DNA from: a virus
Taxonomy: Duplodnaviria; Heunggongvirae; Uroviricota; Caudoviricetes
Direction: 5' to 3' (one strand)
Virus record (IMG/VR): IMGVR_UViG_3300032007_000002
Length of the DNA stretch: 64,000 nucleotides
Positions 1-9,839 of the stretch are shown piece by piece; the stretch's first letter is position 1, and the number at the start of each line of letters is the position of its first letter. The position numbers and the translations under genes were made by a program. The notes under the pieces are model-generated. The model made no database searches, was not told the origin of the DNA, and worked only from the letters and a program-made list of their open reading frames with translations.

Positions 1-9
1 GGTGAAGTA

Positions 10-753
10 ATGGCATACGTACCTAAGCCGACCCTCATTTTCTGCGTCGATACCGAAACCGGCGGGTTCAATCCCAGCGTCAACGCGCTCCTTACGGTAG
101 GCTGCGCGTGGCTCCCGGCAACCGAACTGGGCAACCCGAACCCGGACGTGAAGTCCGTGGAATACAAGGTCATGCAGAAGCCGTATAACCTGGTTGACAA
201 CGAAGATGTCAAGGCCCCGAAGGCCACAACGGACGTGTTCCGCGATATTGCCGTCCCGAACGTCGTCACCAAGGGCGCCCTGGACACCAACAAGATCAAC
301 ATGAACGACCACCTGGCTGCAGAACCTGCGCCTATCGTCGATTACAGGATTTCCGAACATCTGCGCGTTCTCGCTTCGCAGTACAACATCCAGCTTCTCG
401 GCCAGAACCTGAAGTTTGACATGCGCTTCTTGCAGCGCAACCTTCCGCACACCTTTGAAAGGTTGCAGCGTCTCAACGTGCATCACGAACTGCGCACTCT
501 CATCACGGCGTACAATGTGGCCAGGAGCCTGAATGTCGCGGACGGTTACGGCAAGCCGACGGGTCTTGACAAACTCCGCGCATCGCTCAACTGGGTCAGC
601 GAAGGCCAGACGCATTCCGCCGCTGTCGACGCGGTCGATACGATTAAGTTCTATGGCCGTATCATGAAGGAACTGTCTGCCAAGCTCGCCATGCAGGAAG
701 AACCGGCTCCCGCCGCTACACAGGCTCCCGCGGCCCAACAAGTAACCCCGTAG
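10..753 (+). CDS. DEDDh 3'-5' exonuclease (DnaQ/RNase T-like)
   Basis: ExoI VDTETGG, ExoII GQNLKFDMRFL and ExoIII HSAAVDAVD motifs. Confidence 0.8.
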   Translation: MAYVPKPTLIFCVDTETGGFNPSVNALLTVGCAWLPATELGNPNPDVKSVEYKVMQKPYNLVDNEDVKAPKATTDVFRDIAVPNVVTKGALDTNKINMNDHLAAEPAPIVDYRISEHLRVLASQYNIQLLGQNLKFDMRFLQRNLPHTFERLQRLNVHHELRTLITAYNVARSLNVADGYGKPTGLDKLRASLNWVSEGQTHSAAVDAVDTIKFYGRIMKELSAKLAMQEEPAPAATQAPAAQQVTP

Positions 754-759
754 GTAGTC

Positions 760-1380
760 ATGCCATACGTTTCCATCGAAGAGTTCCTGAAGGAACACCC
801 AATCTGTGACGATTCCTGCTGGTACACCATCCGGGACGTGGACCGTTTCATCGAAACGCTCCCGGAAGGGTTCACCCAGTTCGACATCGACAACTTCCGC
901 TCCCGCATGATAGGGCGTGTTCGTGAACGGGCGGCATTGATGTCGTCCTTGCTTAACAAGCGCAGGCCTAAAATGAACGACTGGATCCTGATGCGGACGC
1001 CTATCGCATACCAGGAATTTGTCCGGCATGAACGCCTGTGGAATAGGGAAGTCAAGGAACCCTTCGACTGGAACCGTATCGACGTGATGCTCAATGTCCT
1101 TCGCGGGCTGAAGGTCAACACCAAGATATGGCCAATCAGGGACGTGCAGGTCGAGTATGAACGGACTGGCGTGAAGTTTACCGTCACTTTCGGCAAGTGC
1201 TGGGCCCGCACGCTGGTATTCAACTACCATTACGACACAAACGTAGTGTATCTTCACTGTGACAATACCGTCCTGGCGGTCGGTCTCCGGCATGACGGGA
1301 CTCCCTACATGATTGATTACATGTGGATGCCGACAATGAACAGCGTATTGCTGAAATGGTTTACGACGGGGCAGCTATGA
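760..1380 (+). CDS. hypothetical protein
   Basis: 206-aa ORF packed in a + strand operon. Confidence 0.7.
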   Translation: MPYVSIEEFLKEHPICDDSCWYTIRDVDRFIETLPEGFTQFDIDNFRSRMIGRVRERAALMSSLLNKRRPKMNDWILMRTPIAYQEFVRHERLWNREVKEPFDWNRIDVMLNVLRGLKVNTKIWPIRDVQVEYERTGVKFTVTFGKCWARTLVFNYHYDTNVVYLHCDNTVLAVGLRHDGTPYMIDYMWMPTMNSVLLKWFTTGQL

Positions 1381-1679
1381 GTTTTTCTGCGTTCAACCGG
1401 AACGGCCGCAAGGAGATGACCGAGCAGGACATCGAGGACATGAAGAACGTGTATTCATACGCGATCAAGACACTCGTGTCCCGCAGGAACATGCTCCAGA
1501 AGAAGTCCGAAAACGGAACCGGGAGCGCATGGTTCGACAACATCGGGTCAAACATCCGTGTCCTGGATGCGGCAATAGCATTGCTGCGCAAGGAGGGAAA
1601 ATATGGCAAGGAAACCAATCAACACGTATCAGGCGCATGTGGAGGAGACTGTGCCGGAACGTGTGACACTGTACAATGA
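1377..1679 (+). CDS. hypothetical protein
   Basis: ATG at 1377 overlaps the upstream stop (ATGA). Confidence 0.55.
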   Translation: MSFSAFNRNGRKEMTEQDIEDMKNVYSYAIKTLVSRRNMLQKKSENGTGSAWFDNIGSNIRVLDAAIALLRKEGKYGKETNQHVSGACGGDCAGTCDTVQ

Positions 1680-2193
1680 ACCGGTAGAAATGGTCGTGGC
1701 GAATAGTCGTCAGGACCTTCTTGTATATCCGCCGAAACAGACGGAGCCTGTATATGGCTACATACCGGGCCGTAAACGCCCCGTAATAGGCGCTCGGAAG
1801 TCCTGGAAGTTCTGCGGGAAGGTAGTTACCCGGTGGAACATGGAACGCTTCAATGCCTACCTGCTGAAACGGTATGCGGCAAAGTTCGGCGAGACAGCTT
1901 CGCACCGGGCCACCCATCTGTCGCCGGACGGCAAGAAGCTCTTCTACACCGGATATGGCATGCCAACCATCGCCTGGTGGGGCACCATTGCGGCATCCAC
2001 CGGATTGCAGGTTCTGGCACGGACGAACTCGATGGTGATCACCAAGCAGGAGGAATGGTACTGGGACGAGGTTGACGATGGCATCGTCAAGAAATGCGTC
2101 GACAAGATACTTCGGATAGCCCAGAAGGACTGGGTATGCAAGTCAGTCCAGGGACACATGCCGCGTCCACGCTTTTTACCCGTAAAACGATAA
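1603..2193 (+). CDS. hypothetical protein
   Basis: 196-aa ORF, AGGAGG upstream, ends at terminator. Confidence 0.7.
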   Translation: MARKPINTYQAHVEETVPERVTLYNEPVEMVVANSRQDLLVYPPKQTEPVYGYIPGRKRPVIGARKSWKFCGKVVTRWNMERFNAYLLKRYAAKFGETASHRATHLSPDGKKLFYTGYGMPTIAWWGTIAASTGLQVLARTNSMVITKQEEWYWDEVDDGIVKKCVDKILRIAQKDWVCKSVQGHMPRPRFLPVKR

Positions 2194-2224
2194 AAGACCC
2201 GCCGAATGGCGGGCCTTTTGTTTT
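2192..2224. terminator. bidirectional intrinsic terminator
   Basis: AAAAGACCCGCC-gaat-GGCGGGCCTTTT between convergent genes. Confidence 0.75.
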
Positions 2225-2235
2225 ACAGTCTATAT

Positions 2236-2634
2236 CTATCCCCTGATTTCGCTGGACAGGATGACCACCGCGTCGATGTTTTCCGGCATCGGCTTAGTGT
2301 AGATACCGATTTCCTCGATTTCGGTAATGGTCTGGTCCGTCCAGTGGATAGTAAATTCCCTGCATCCGTTCACGCGGTTTACCCGGGAGACCGGGTTTGC
2401 CGGATCGTTGTACCGGCCATAGTCGAACTCGAACGAGTGGAGGAGCTTTTCCAGGGTTTCCCTGTCGCGGCACGCGATGACGGCGCCGTCGGATTCATCC
2501 CAGTTGGGTGCATCGAGCGTCACCCTGAACAGCTTGATTTCGCCGGATAGAGCAGCACGCATCATGGCTGCCTGTTCGCAGGCCTTGTTGGTAAGTTCGG
2601 TGTTCCTTTCGATTACTTTTCCAAGACTGTCCAT
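2236..2634 (-). CDS. hypothetical protein
   Basis: 132-aa ORF in - strand block. Confidence 0.65.
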   Translation of the reverse strand: MDSLGKVIERNTELTNKACEQAAMMRAALSGEIKLFRVTLDAPNWDESDGAVIACRDRETLEKLLHSFEFDYGRYNDPANPVSRVNRVNGCREFTIHWTDQTITEIEEIGIYTKPMPENIDAVVILSSEIRG

Positions 2635-2640
2635 ACATCC

Positions 2641-3006
2641 TCACGCAAATTTGGCCCGTTCGGCCTGTTTCTTCTTTGCCCGCTCGACTGCCCTGGTGTC
2701 GCTGTCCAGGACCGCGAACGCGATCATGCGTGGCTCGTTGCAGAACGTGGTGCTCCATGCGTAGAGGGAGCACGGCTGGTCGATGCCGACTACCTTGACT
2801 GGTACGGTCGCGTTGTCGACGCAGGTCTTCTTCGCGTCGGCTGCGCCGAGAAGGATGGCCATGATGTCGTTGGAAAGCCTGTCATCCAGCTCGCCGTCGG
2901 CGTAGATGCGCACGTAGTCGAACGGATTGTCGGACACGCAACCCTGGACCTTGATGCTGTCCGGGACGGTGTCATAGGGGGCTACGAGAATTTTGATTTC
3001 TTCCAT
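2641..3006 (-). CDS. hypothetical protein (possibly leaderless mRNA)
   Basis: ATG lies 5 nt after the TTTGCTATATTT motif with no SD. Confidence 0.65.
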   Translation of the reverse strand: MEEIKILVAPYDTVPDSIKVQGCVSDNPFDYVRIYADGELDDRLSNDIMAILLGAADAKKTCVDNATVPVKVVGIDQPCSLYAWSTTFCNEPRMIAFAVLDSDTRAVERAKKKQAERAKFA

Positions 3007-3024
3007 GCCCGAAATATAGCAAAA

Positions 3025-3411
3025 TTACGGGTGTATGAGCTGGACCAGGGACAGCAGACGCTTGACGTCGTTCTCGTCATGGCCGTCGAACGGCTTCGCC
3101 TGCTGGATTTCCTCGCACTTGAACAGGTCCCAGTCCTTCATCGGGTAGTGGTAGGAATACGGGCCGTCGGGGGTGTCTATGCAGACGAGGAACATGTGGC
3201 CGTCGCCGAAGCAGAGCTCGCCGTCGTCATGCCTGCGGGTCTTCCATGAAATGTCCGGGAAGATGTTCACCAGGGTGGCGAACAGGATGCAGCGCTGGTT
3301 GTAGAGGGAGTTGTAGGTGTGGTTGCCGTCGGAAAGTTCTCCGATGTCGTCCACGCCGGCCTCCTTGGCGGCCCGCTCCATAATCTTCTGCATCTCGTCG
3401 GCTGATACCAT
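3025..3411 (-). CDS. conserved phage hypothetical protein (DGxHTxNxLY-type motif)
   Basis: LSDGNHTYNSLY...SWKTRRHDDG...SYHYP...FDGH; AAGGAGA SD before ATG 3411. Confidence 0.7.
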   Translation of the reverse strand: MVSADEMQKIMERAAKEAGVDDIGELSDGNHTYNSLYNQRCILFATLVNIFPDISWKTRRHDDGELCFGDGHMFLVCIDTPDGPYSYHYPMKDWDLFKCEEIQQAKPFDGHDENDVKRLLSLVQLIHP

Positions 3412-3509
3412 GTTCGTCTCCTTGTGTATATGCAGTTTATAACGCGGGGGATAAAAAGAACCGGCGGTCATAAGACCACCGGTTCTCGGTTTCTCGCAAG
3501 ATCGTCGGA

Positions 3510-3767
3510 TTACTTCTTGGCCTTGGCAGCAGCAAGAGCGTTCTTCAACTTGGCGGACTTGGCCTGTTCCTTGGCGAGCTTGTCAGCTGCGGACTTGGCG
3601 GCCTTGTCAGCCTTTGCCTTCACCTGTTCGAGCTGCTTCTGGAGCTTCGTGTTGTCGGCGGTGAGCTTCTTGATCTTGGCGTTGAGTTCCTTTTCGCAGG
3701 AGCATGCGCCGCAGGAGGCAGTGGACTTCTTGGTGGACTTGGCGGAAGACTTGATTTCGTTCTTCAT
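3510..3767 (-). CDS. small Lys/Ala-rich basic protein (histone-like/coiled coil)
   Basis: K/A-rich composition, CGACSC motif, own TTTGCTATATTT motif. Confidence 0.6.
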   Translation of the reverse strand: MKNEIKSSAKSTKKSTASCGACSCEKELNAKIKKLTADNTKLQKQLEQVKAKADKAAKSAADKLAKEQAKSAKLKNALAAAKAKK

Positions 3768-3852
3768 TAGTTTACCTTTTGTTGATTGTTTGTTGTTTCG
3801 GTGTGAGAAATATAGCAAAATTCATTGCCGTTGTGATCGAAATTGGCGATTT

Positions 3853-4350
3853 TTATTTAAAATCCTCAACTTTCATGTTGATAAGCTGTTGATTTCTTCG
3901 CTCGATTTCGTTGAATACGTGCGGCTGCATGTTCTTGAAGAACGCGCGGGCGTCGCGCACGAGGATGAAGCTGTCCGTCTCGGGCTTGCGGTTGCCGAAG
4001 GAATCCGTGAAGAACGAGTTGCACTTCATCTTCTTCACCGCTTCGTCGAGACCGGGGACTACCGCGGAGAAGAGCCAGAGGGACTTGTTCGTCTGGTAGG
4101 GGACCTTCCCGATCTCGTAAATTTCCACCCCTTCGGGAATGGAGAACCCGGTCTCCTCGAACAGTTCGCGCTTGGCTGCCTGGATTGCGGTCTCGCCTTC
4201 CTCGATGTGGCCCTTGGGGATGTCGTAGGACGTCATGTGGCCGCCACCGGCCAGCCTCATGCCGAGGGGGCGCCCGGTCGGGTGGGTGGCGAGGATGGTG
4301 CCGGATTCCGGCTCGAACAGGATGAACCCTGCGGAAATCTGCTTAGGCAT
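3853..4350 (-). CDS. Nudix hydrolase
   Basis: Nudix box GHIEEGETAIQAAKRELFEETG preceded by DIPK. Confidence 0.9.
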   Translation of the reverse strand: MPKQISAGFILFEPESGTILATHPTGRPLGMRLAGGGHMTSYDIPKGHIEEGETAIQAAKRELFEETGFSIPEGVEIYEIGKVPYQTNKSLWLFSAVVPGLDEAVKKMKCNSFFTDSFGNRKPETDSFILVRDARAFFKNMQPHVFNEIERRNQQLINMKVEDFK

Positions 4351-5245
4351 TGTCTGCCTCCTTCAGCACCGGCCTGTGCTTGTGGATGAGGACGTCGGTG
4401 AGGTTGGCGATCTGGTTGAGCGGCGGGAGTTCCGCATACTTGGTGTAGTTGCGGATGACCTTGCCGCCCTGCTTTTCGATGTTCCTGATGGCCTTTTCCG
4501 GGAGTTCGTGGGTCGCGAGCAGTTCTTCCACGGTGAACTCGCGGATCGCGCGGTATGCGAGGAAGCCGTACTTGAGGCCGTGCGGGAGGTCGTCCCACCT
4601 GACGTTGAAGTGCTGTTCCATCATTTCCTTGCGCTCCTCGCTCTTCTTGCCTTCGAGACGGCTCTGCGGCATCAGGGAGCGGGCGAGGGTGGAGATGGAG
4701 TTCTTTACGCAGTCGTTGTGGCGCCAGAGGATGGTCAACGCGGCTTCCTCATACGTAGCTTCGTAGGAACGGGCGTCGAAGATGGCGTGGGACGGGTAGC
4801 GGGCTTCCGGCACGGTGCTGCGGTCGGCCTTGGTGTTGATGTATTCGTTGAACGCCGCGGTCGCGATGCTCGCCGCGATGGAGTTGAGCTTGTGGCACTT
4901 GCGGCCGAACGGGACCTTGTCTTCGCCGATCACGACGGTGATTTCGTCGGACTGCGTGTAGGCGACGATTGGATTGAACTCGGCGATGAGCGCTTCCATC
5001 GCATATTTCATTGCGCCGGTAATCGCCGGGTGGAACGCTGTGCGTGCCGGTACCGGACGGCCGATGTCGATTTTCTGCTTCGCGAACGGGCGGGTGTAGG
5101 TGTGGAAGGCGCGGCCGTCCACGCGGATGATGCAGCACTTGTGCTCGTCGATGACTACCTGGCCGGAGCCGTATGCTTCGCCTTTCGTGAACCTGAGTTC
5201 GAGCGCCTTCATGCGCTCGCCGAGGGTATCGTAGATTTCTGCCAT
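4343..5245 (-). CDS. Thg1-like tRNA(His) guanylyltransferase / 3'-5' polymerase
   Basis: IIRVDGRAFH, YTQSDEI, GRKxxKLNSIAAS, FDAR, WRxxDCxKNSI motifs; start inferred at MAEIYD. Confidence 0.9.
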   Translation of the reverse strand: MAEIYDTLGERMKALELRFTKGEAYGSGQVVIDEHKCCIIRVDGRAFHTYTRPFAKQKIDIGRPVPARTAFHPAITGAMKYAMEALIAEFNPIVAYTQSDEITVVIGEDKVPFGRKCHKLNSIAASIATAAFNEYINTKADRSTVPEARYPSHAIFDARSYEATYEEAALTILWRHNDCVKNSISTLARSLMPQSRLEGKKSEERKEMMEQHFNVRWDDLPHGLKYGFLAYRAIREFTVEELLATHELPEKAIRNIEKQGGKVIRNYTKYAELPPLNQIANLTDVLIHKHRPVLKEADNA

Positions 5246-5288
5246 TTGACTTTCCTTGTCTTTGGTGATTTTCAATCTTTCGTGCCGG

Positions 5289-5333
5289 AAATATAGCAAT
5301 TTTTCATGCGGCCATTTGTTTTTGCTATATTTT
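5289..5333. promoter_or_regulatory. divergent pair of TTGCTATATTT promoter motifs
   Basis: AAATATAGCAA (5289, - strand) and TTTGCTATATTTT (5321, + strand) between divergent gene blocks. Confidence 0.75.
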
Positions 5334-5352
5334 GAGCAAACTGAGGTAAACC

Positions 5353-5658
5353 ATGAACGAAGAAGCAAAATGTGATCCGACCGCAAAGGTCTCTGCCAGG
5401 GTTGCCACCGACCAGGTGGTTGACGAATATCTTAAGGAAATCATGCCTGAAATCAACCGCGCCATCGCGGAAAAACGGTTCAGTACGTCATTTGGCTATG
5501 CGGATGCGCTTGTCGCGTATTCGATGTCCAGTACCCTGTATGACCTGGGCTACCAGACGATGGTGTCCGCAAAGGTTGGTCCGGGCGGCAACATCGAATA
5601 TACGCTGACCGTGAGCTGGGCGCCCACTGCCTTCCATACCGTTATCGCAGGAAAGTAA
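5353..5658 (+). CDS. hypothetical protein
   Basis: 101 aa, GAGGT SD, follows promoter motif. Confidence 0.7.
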   Translation: MNEEAKCDPTAKVSARVATDQVVDEYLKEIMPEINRAIAEKRFSTSFGYADALVAYSMSSTLYDLGYQTMVSAKVGPGGNIEYTLTVSWAPTAFHTVIAGK

Positions 5659-6513
5659 ATGATCCACTGGTTGAAAATAACCGACGGCTACCCGCTCAAC
5701 ATCAGGGCTACCCACAATTCCCGCAGGAAGGTGTTCCCCGGGAAGATAGAGTTCAAGCCCGGCATGAATATCCTGTTCGGGCCGAACGGGTGCGGGAAGA
5801 GCAGCATCATCAACGCCATAGGCGCCAACGGCATGACTGTCCGCGGTTGGTCCAACATGAACTTCAGCCCGCTCCGCCTGTTCCGCGACGGGAAGGCGGA
5901 CATCAGGGGGTTCGTGAAACGGACGCTGGGGTTCGGGTCCGAGATGGACTTTGACGGGCCGGTCTATTTTCACAATGATTACGAAATCCGCCGGTTCGCC
6001 GGATGGAGCACCGCCGGTACCGGCATCGGTTCCGGGACGGCCTGCGCCGAGTCCTATCTGTCCGAACACATGGACAACCGCCTCCGGTCCGCCGGCGAGA
6101 GCGAGATGGCGATACAGGGCGCGACGCTGTCGAATATCCTGAGCGGACGCTGGGCGTTCAACCGGGAACTGATCGAGGCTGACGCCGAGCAGAAGCTCAA
6201 CGCGACGACGGACCTCGAAACCGCCGTCTGCATCAAGGGGCAGCTGGATTATGCCCGCGAAAGCTGGCTGAAGGGAGGCTCCCCCACGTTGCTCCTCGAC
6301 GAGCCGGAGCTTCACTTGGACTTCGAGATAATGGACGGCCTGTTCACCCGGCTGCTGCCGCAGTTCCTGTCGCAGGGCTACCAGATTATCATGGCGACAC
6401 ACTATCCGTTCGCCCCGTTCCTGTTCAAGGACGCGAACATCATCGGGATTGACCGGGATGTGGAGAAATTCAAGAAATACGTAACGGAGCTCGTTACGGG
6501 AAAGGAGAAGTAA
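5659..6513 (+). CDS. ABC/AAA-type ATPase
   Basis: Walker A GPNGCGKS, SAGE signature, Walker B LLLDEPE, H-loop ATH. Confidence 0.85.
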   Translation: MIHWLKITDGYPLNIRATHNSRRKVFPGKIEFKPGMNILFGPNGCGKSSIINAIGANGMTVRGWSNMNFSPLRLFRDGKADIRGFVKRTLGFGSEMDFDGPVYFHNDYEIRRFAGWSTAGTGIGSGTACAESYLSEHMDNRLRSAGESEMAIQGATLSNILSGRWAFNRELIEADAEQKLNATTDLETAVCIKGQLDYARESWLKGGSPTLLLDEPELHLDFEIMDGLFTRLLPQFLSQGYQIIMATHYPFAPFLFKDANIIGIDRDVEKFKKYVTELVTGKEK

Positions 6514-6517
6514 AATT

Positions 6518-6775
6518 ATGAATTCATTTTGGAAAGGTTGCATCGGGGCGGCCATCGGCATGGCGCTTTTCATGTGGATGGGATGGGGCATCCGCGGGTC
6601 GCATACAGTAACTGCGGAAACATGCCGCGAAGTCGTCAACTCGAAGGGAGGCACAAATAACCTGTGCACTTCCTATACGGTGAAGTTTACCAACGTGAGC
6701 GGCAAGTTGGAGGACATGGACGCGATGGCCGACAAGATTATTTCTGCAATGCAGGCGATGCCGGAGACAAAATGA
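6518..6775 (+). CDS. small membrane-anchored hypothetical protein
   Basis: N-terminal hydrophobic helix. Confidence 0.6.
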   Translation: MNSFWKGCIGAAIGMALFMWMGWGIRGSHTVTAETCREVVNSKGGTNNLCTSYTVKFTNVSGKLEDMDAMADKIISAMQAMPETK

Positions 6776-7092
6776 CACCACAGCAGAGCGTAATGTTTTT
6801 CTGGAAGGTGAACTCCGAGCTGGCCCATAGCGGCAAGGAGTTCCGCGAGGCGGGCATCTCCATGGTGGACCGCGGTTTCGTGTTGCCCGCGTTCGGGACG
6901 GGGGCTGACGGCTACCGGTGCCGGTTCAATATACGAGGGACTGCCGCGACGGTCAAGGTGACGTTCGGCAAGGACAACAAGCCGACCTATACCGCCACCA
7001 CCGCGGACGGCAAGTTCACCGTGACCGGGGACGAGAATACCCGCCCGTCCGACGTGGTGATAAAGCTGTCCAACGCCATGCGCGGAAAGTAG
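6772..7092 (+). CDS. hypothetical protein
   Basis: ATGA overlap with upstream stop, GGAGA SD. Confidence 0.6.
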   Translation: MTPQQSVMFFWKVNSELAHSGKEFREAGISMVDRGFVLPAFGTGADGYRCRFNIRGTAATVKVTFGKDNKPTYTATTADGKFTVTGDENTRPSDVVIKLSNAMRGK

Positions 7093-7137
7093 GCATCCTC
7101 CTTTTGCTATATTTCAGATATAGAAAAGGAGGCTACC

Positions 7138-7692
7138 ATGCCGAAGAAAGAGATTGAAGCGCCGCAAGTTGAGCCGGTGGGCAAGGAACTTCTCGACAAG
7201 CTGGAAGAGTTCAACCGGGAAATCGAAAGCCATAGGAAGGCCATCGAGGACGTCAGGCTCAAGGCACGCGAAATGCTTAAGGAAGCGGGATTCCCGTGGA
7301 GTTTTGCAAAATGCCGTAGCCTCCGTTGCAAATATACGAAGGGCCAGCGGGTCACCTGTTGGGGAGGCTGCGTGCGAAGCGAAGATGGAGGTATAGGTGA
7401 AGCCCTTTCCGGCCGCTTGCATACCACGGACTCGTATGAATTCGACCCGACCATCAAACTGCCTAAGCAGCTGCCTACTCTTGGCTGGAAACGTGTTACG
7501 TTCAAGTCAAGTTGCTTCGGCGAAGTGAGGGTTGACGACGTCATCAGGGAAAACAGCCGATACCTGATTTGCAAGCACTGCACCGTCGACAAGAAGGACA
7601 TGACCGCGTTCGACAATTCCGGCGGTTATACGTCGGCGGCATTTGAAAAAGTAACTGAATACATCGAAGAAAAGGAGACCAAGGGTGAGTAA
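7138..7692 (+). CDS. hypothetical protein
   Basis: AGGAGG SD, promoter motif at 7103. Confidence 0.7.
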   Translation: MPKKEIEAPQVEPVGKELLDKLEEFNREIESHRKAIEDVRLKAREMLKEAGFPWSFAKCRSLRCKYTKGQRVTCWGGCVRSEDGGIGEALSGRLHTTDSYEFDPTIKLPKQLPTLGWKRVTFKSSCFGEVRVDDVIRENSRYLICKHCTVDKKDMTAFDNSGGYTSAAFEKVTEYIEEKETKGE

Positions 7693-8455
7693 GAAGACCC
7701 CGCTTTCACGCCATCACGCCCGCCGCAAGGCCAAGCGCGTGTTCTTTACAGTAGAAACCCTGGTCCTCGTGGCCCTGCTGTGCGTAGTGTGCTTCTTTGC
7801 CGGGGAGGCAAGCCAGAAGTTCGAGCTCATCACCGACACGGTCACCCGTGGCAGGATGCACTCCGACTCCATTGCAGCCCGCATGGACAGCCTGGATGCG
7901 CATGTCCTTGCCCTCCACGAGATTACCGAGACCAACCGTTCCCGCTCCCACCAGATTGCCGTGGGCGCCAAGATCGTGCAGCACGCCCGCAGGGGCATGG
8001 ACGCGAGGGAAGCGGCCAGGCTCGCCCGTATAATCTTCGACGAGGCCGAGTTCAACTCCACCGTGGAATACCCGTTCCTTCTTGCCATTATCGAGTCCGA
8101 ATCCAAGTTCAACGACCATGCAGTCTCCCCCGCGGGCGCGGTAGGCCTCGGCCAGCTCATGCCCAAGACCGCCGAGAGCATGGCCCGGCATGCCGGAATG
8201 AAGTTCGACCCCAACCTGCTTACCGACCCTAAATACAACGTGAAGCTGTCCGTGCAGTACCTGTCCAAGCTGGGAAAGCAGTTCCAGAACTATGTGCTGG
8301 TTGCCGCTGCGTACAACGGCGGTCCGGGAGGCGCCATCAAGTACCAGCAGTGGATCGAGGGCGAGGCCGGAAAGGACAGCGTCCACCCGGAAACGGTAGA
8401 TTACGTGGAAAAGGTCATGCAGCGCTACTATGCCTACCGCGGCATGCTTCAATAG
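7685..8455 (+). CDS. membrane-anchored lytic transglycosylase (SLT family)
   Basis: IIESESKF (catalytic E), AVSPAGAVGLGQLMP, AAYNGG, ETVDYV; N-terminal TM helix. Confidence 0.9.
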   Translation: MSKKTPLSRHHARRKAKRVFFTVETLVLVALLCVVCFFAGEASQKFELITDTVTRGRMHSDSIAARMDSLDAHVLALHEITETNRSRSHQIAVGAKIVQHARRGMDAREAARLARIIFDEAEFNSTVEYPFLLAIIESESKFNDHAVSPAGAVGLGQLMPKTAESMARHAGMKFDPNLLTDPKYNVKLSVQYLSKLGKQFQNYVLVAAAYNGGPGGAIKYQQWIEGEAGKDSVHPETVDYVEKVMQRYYAYRGMLQ

Positions 8456-8485
8456 GCATTTGCTATATTTCAGGCAGAGGAATAT

Positions 8486-9106
8486 ATGGATATTAAAGAA
8501 AGCAGACTATACAAAGATTTCGAAAGGAGTTATTGCCGTGCGGCCGACAAGGAAACCCACATGGCCCTTGCGCTCCCGCTAATCGAAGCCCACCATGAGG
8601 AATATGAAAAGGCCTGCGCACAGAAGGAAGCCATGGAAAAGGAACTCAGGGCTGCCGAGCGCAAGGTGTCCAGCATCAAGTCCAAGATGAAGCAGTTCGA
8701 TAATGTCGGCACCGACATTTTCAACGTGCACTATATGGAATATGCCAAGCAGCTTCTGGTGGGGAAGAATTTGCTTCTTGTCCCCCGTGACATGTTCAGC
8801 GGTTGCTGCCTCGGCGACAAGGATATGGCGCGTTCCGGCGAACGTTTCATGGTCATCATCGTCAACGAAGTCGAGGGCGCAACCAGCATCTGTGCAACGT
8901 GCAGGGTGGACATGTTCGTGTATGACCCGAAACGGACGGGTTCCAGGGTGTGCATCAACACCTCCAACACGATCCATTTTGACGAAATTGTCGAGTTCCT
9001 TGACAACGACAAGGCTACCACTTACATCAACAAGGCATACAAGGACCTGGAAGGCGTAATGCAGTCGATGCTCACCACGTTCGGCGGAGGGAATGAAAAT
9101 GCCTGA
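8486..9106 (+). CDS. hypothetical protein
   Basis: 206 aa, promoter motif at 8459. Confidence 0.7.
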   Translation: MDIKESRLYKDFERSYCRAADKETHMALALPLIEAHHEEYEKACAQKEAMEKELRAAERKVSSIKSKMKQFDNVGTDIFNVHYMEYAKQLLVGKNLLLVPRDMFSGCCLGDKDMARSGERFMVIIVNEVEGATSICATCRVDMFVYDPKRTGSRVCINTSNTIHFDEIVEFLDNDKATTYINKAYKDLEGVMQSMLTTFGGGNENA

Positions 9107-9353
9107 GTATCACGTCGGATGCGGCATGGCCGGGATTTATGCCGGAACGATTTCCAAGCCCGGAATATGGAAGAGCAAGAGCCCGGTGACCGACGAGGCC
9201 CTCCGTGCGGCTGCCGAATACATGATGGGGCAGATCAAGCCCGGCCACGAGGCCTATGAGATTACCTGGACCAACAGGACCACGGGAAAGAAAATCGTGC
9301 TCACCTGCAAGGTCGTCGAACCGCCCCCGAAGGAGGAACCATGTGCGAAGTAG
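9093..9353 (+). CDS. hypothetical phage protein
   Basis: 86 aa, overlapping neighbours. Confidence 0.65.
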   Translation: MKMPEYHVGCGMAGIYAGTISKPGIWKSKSPVTDEALRAAAEYMMGQIKPGHEAYEITWTNRTTGKKIVLTCKVVEPPPKEEPCAK

Positions 9354-9838
9354 TCAATAACGCCTATGAGCAGAAGGAACTCAGGATTGTCGTCGGGGAG
9401 CCGAACCCGCCGTCCGAGATGAATTTCAAGCAGACCCCGCTTTCCGTGCAGGAAGTGGAGTTCGCCGGTACACTCGGGCTCAACAACCCGAAGATTTCGC
9501 CCGACGGCATTTCCTTCGACCTGGAAGCGTTCAGCATGCACCGCCCGGCCGGCGTGGAAATGAAGACCGAGGAAGGCGAGGTCGATGAGGTCAACGAGGA
9601 CGGTTCCATCACCACGCGCGTGATGCACCGCCTTACCATTACCGCCGAGACGAACGACATGTGCAAGCGCGTGTTCCGTATCCATATCGACACCCATGCC
9701 ACCGACCGCATCGGCCCGAAGGTCATCGACTGCCGCTATGCCGGCTGCACCCTGTCCGACCTGTTCGGGCTAATCAACCGTACCTACGAAAACAACCGTA
9801 GCCAACCGGGCTACCCGGCGGGTGTATGGCGGGGTTAG
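9341..9838 (+). CDS. hypothetical protein
   Basis: 165 aa, AGGAGG SD. Confidence 0.65.
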   Translation: MCEVVNNAYEQKELRIVVGEPNPPSEMNFKQTPLSVQEVEFAGTLGLNNPKISPDGISFDLEAFSMHRPAGVEMKTEEGEVDEVNEDGSITTRVMHRLTITAETNDMCKRVFRIHIDTHATDRIGPKVIDCRYAGCTLSDLFGLINRTYENNRSQPGYPAGVWRG

Positions 9839-9839
9839 C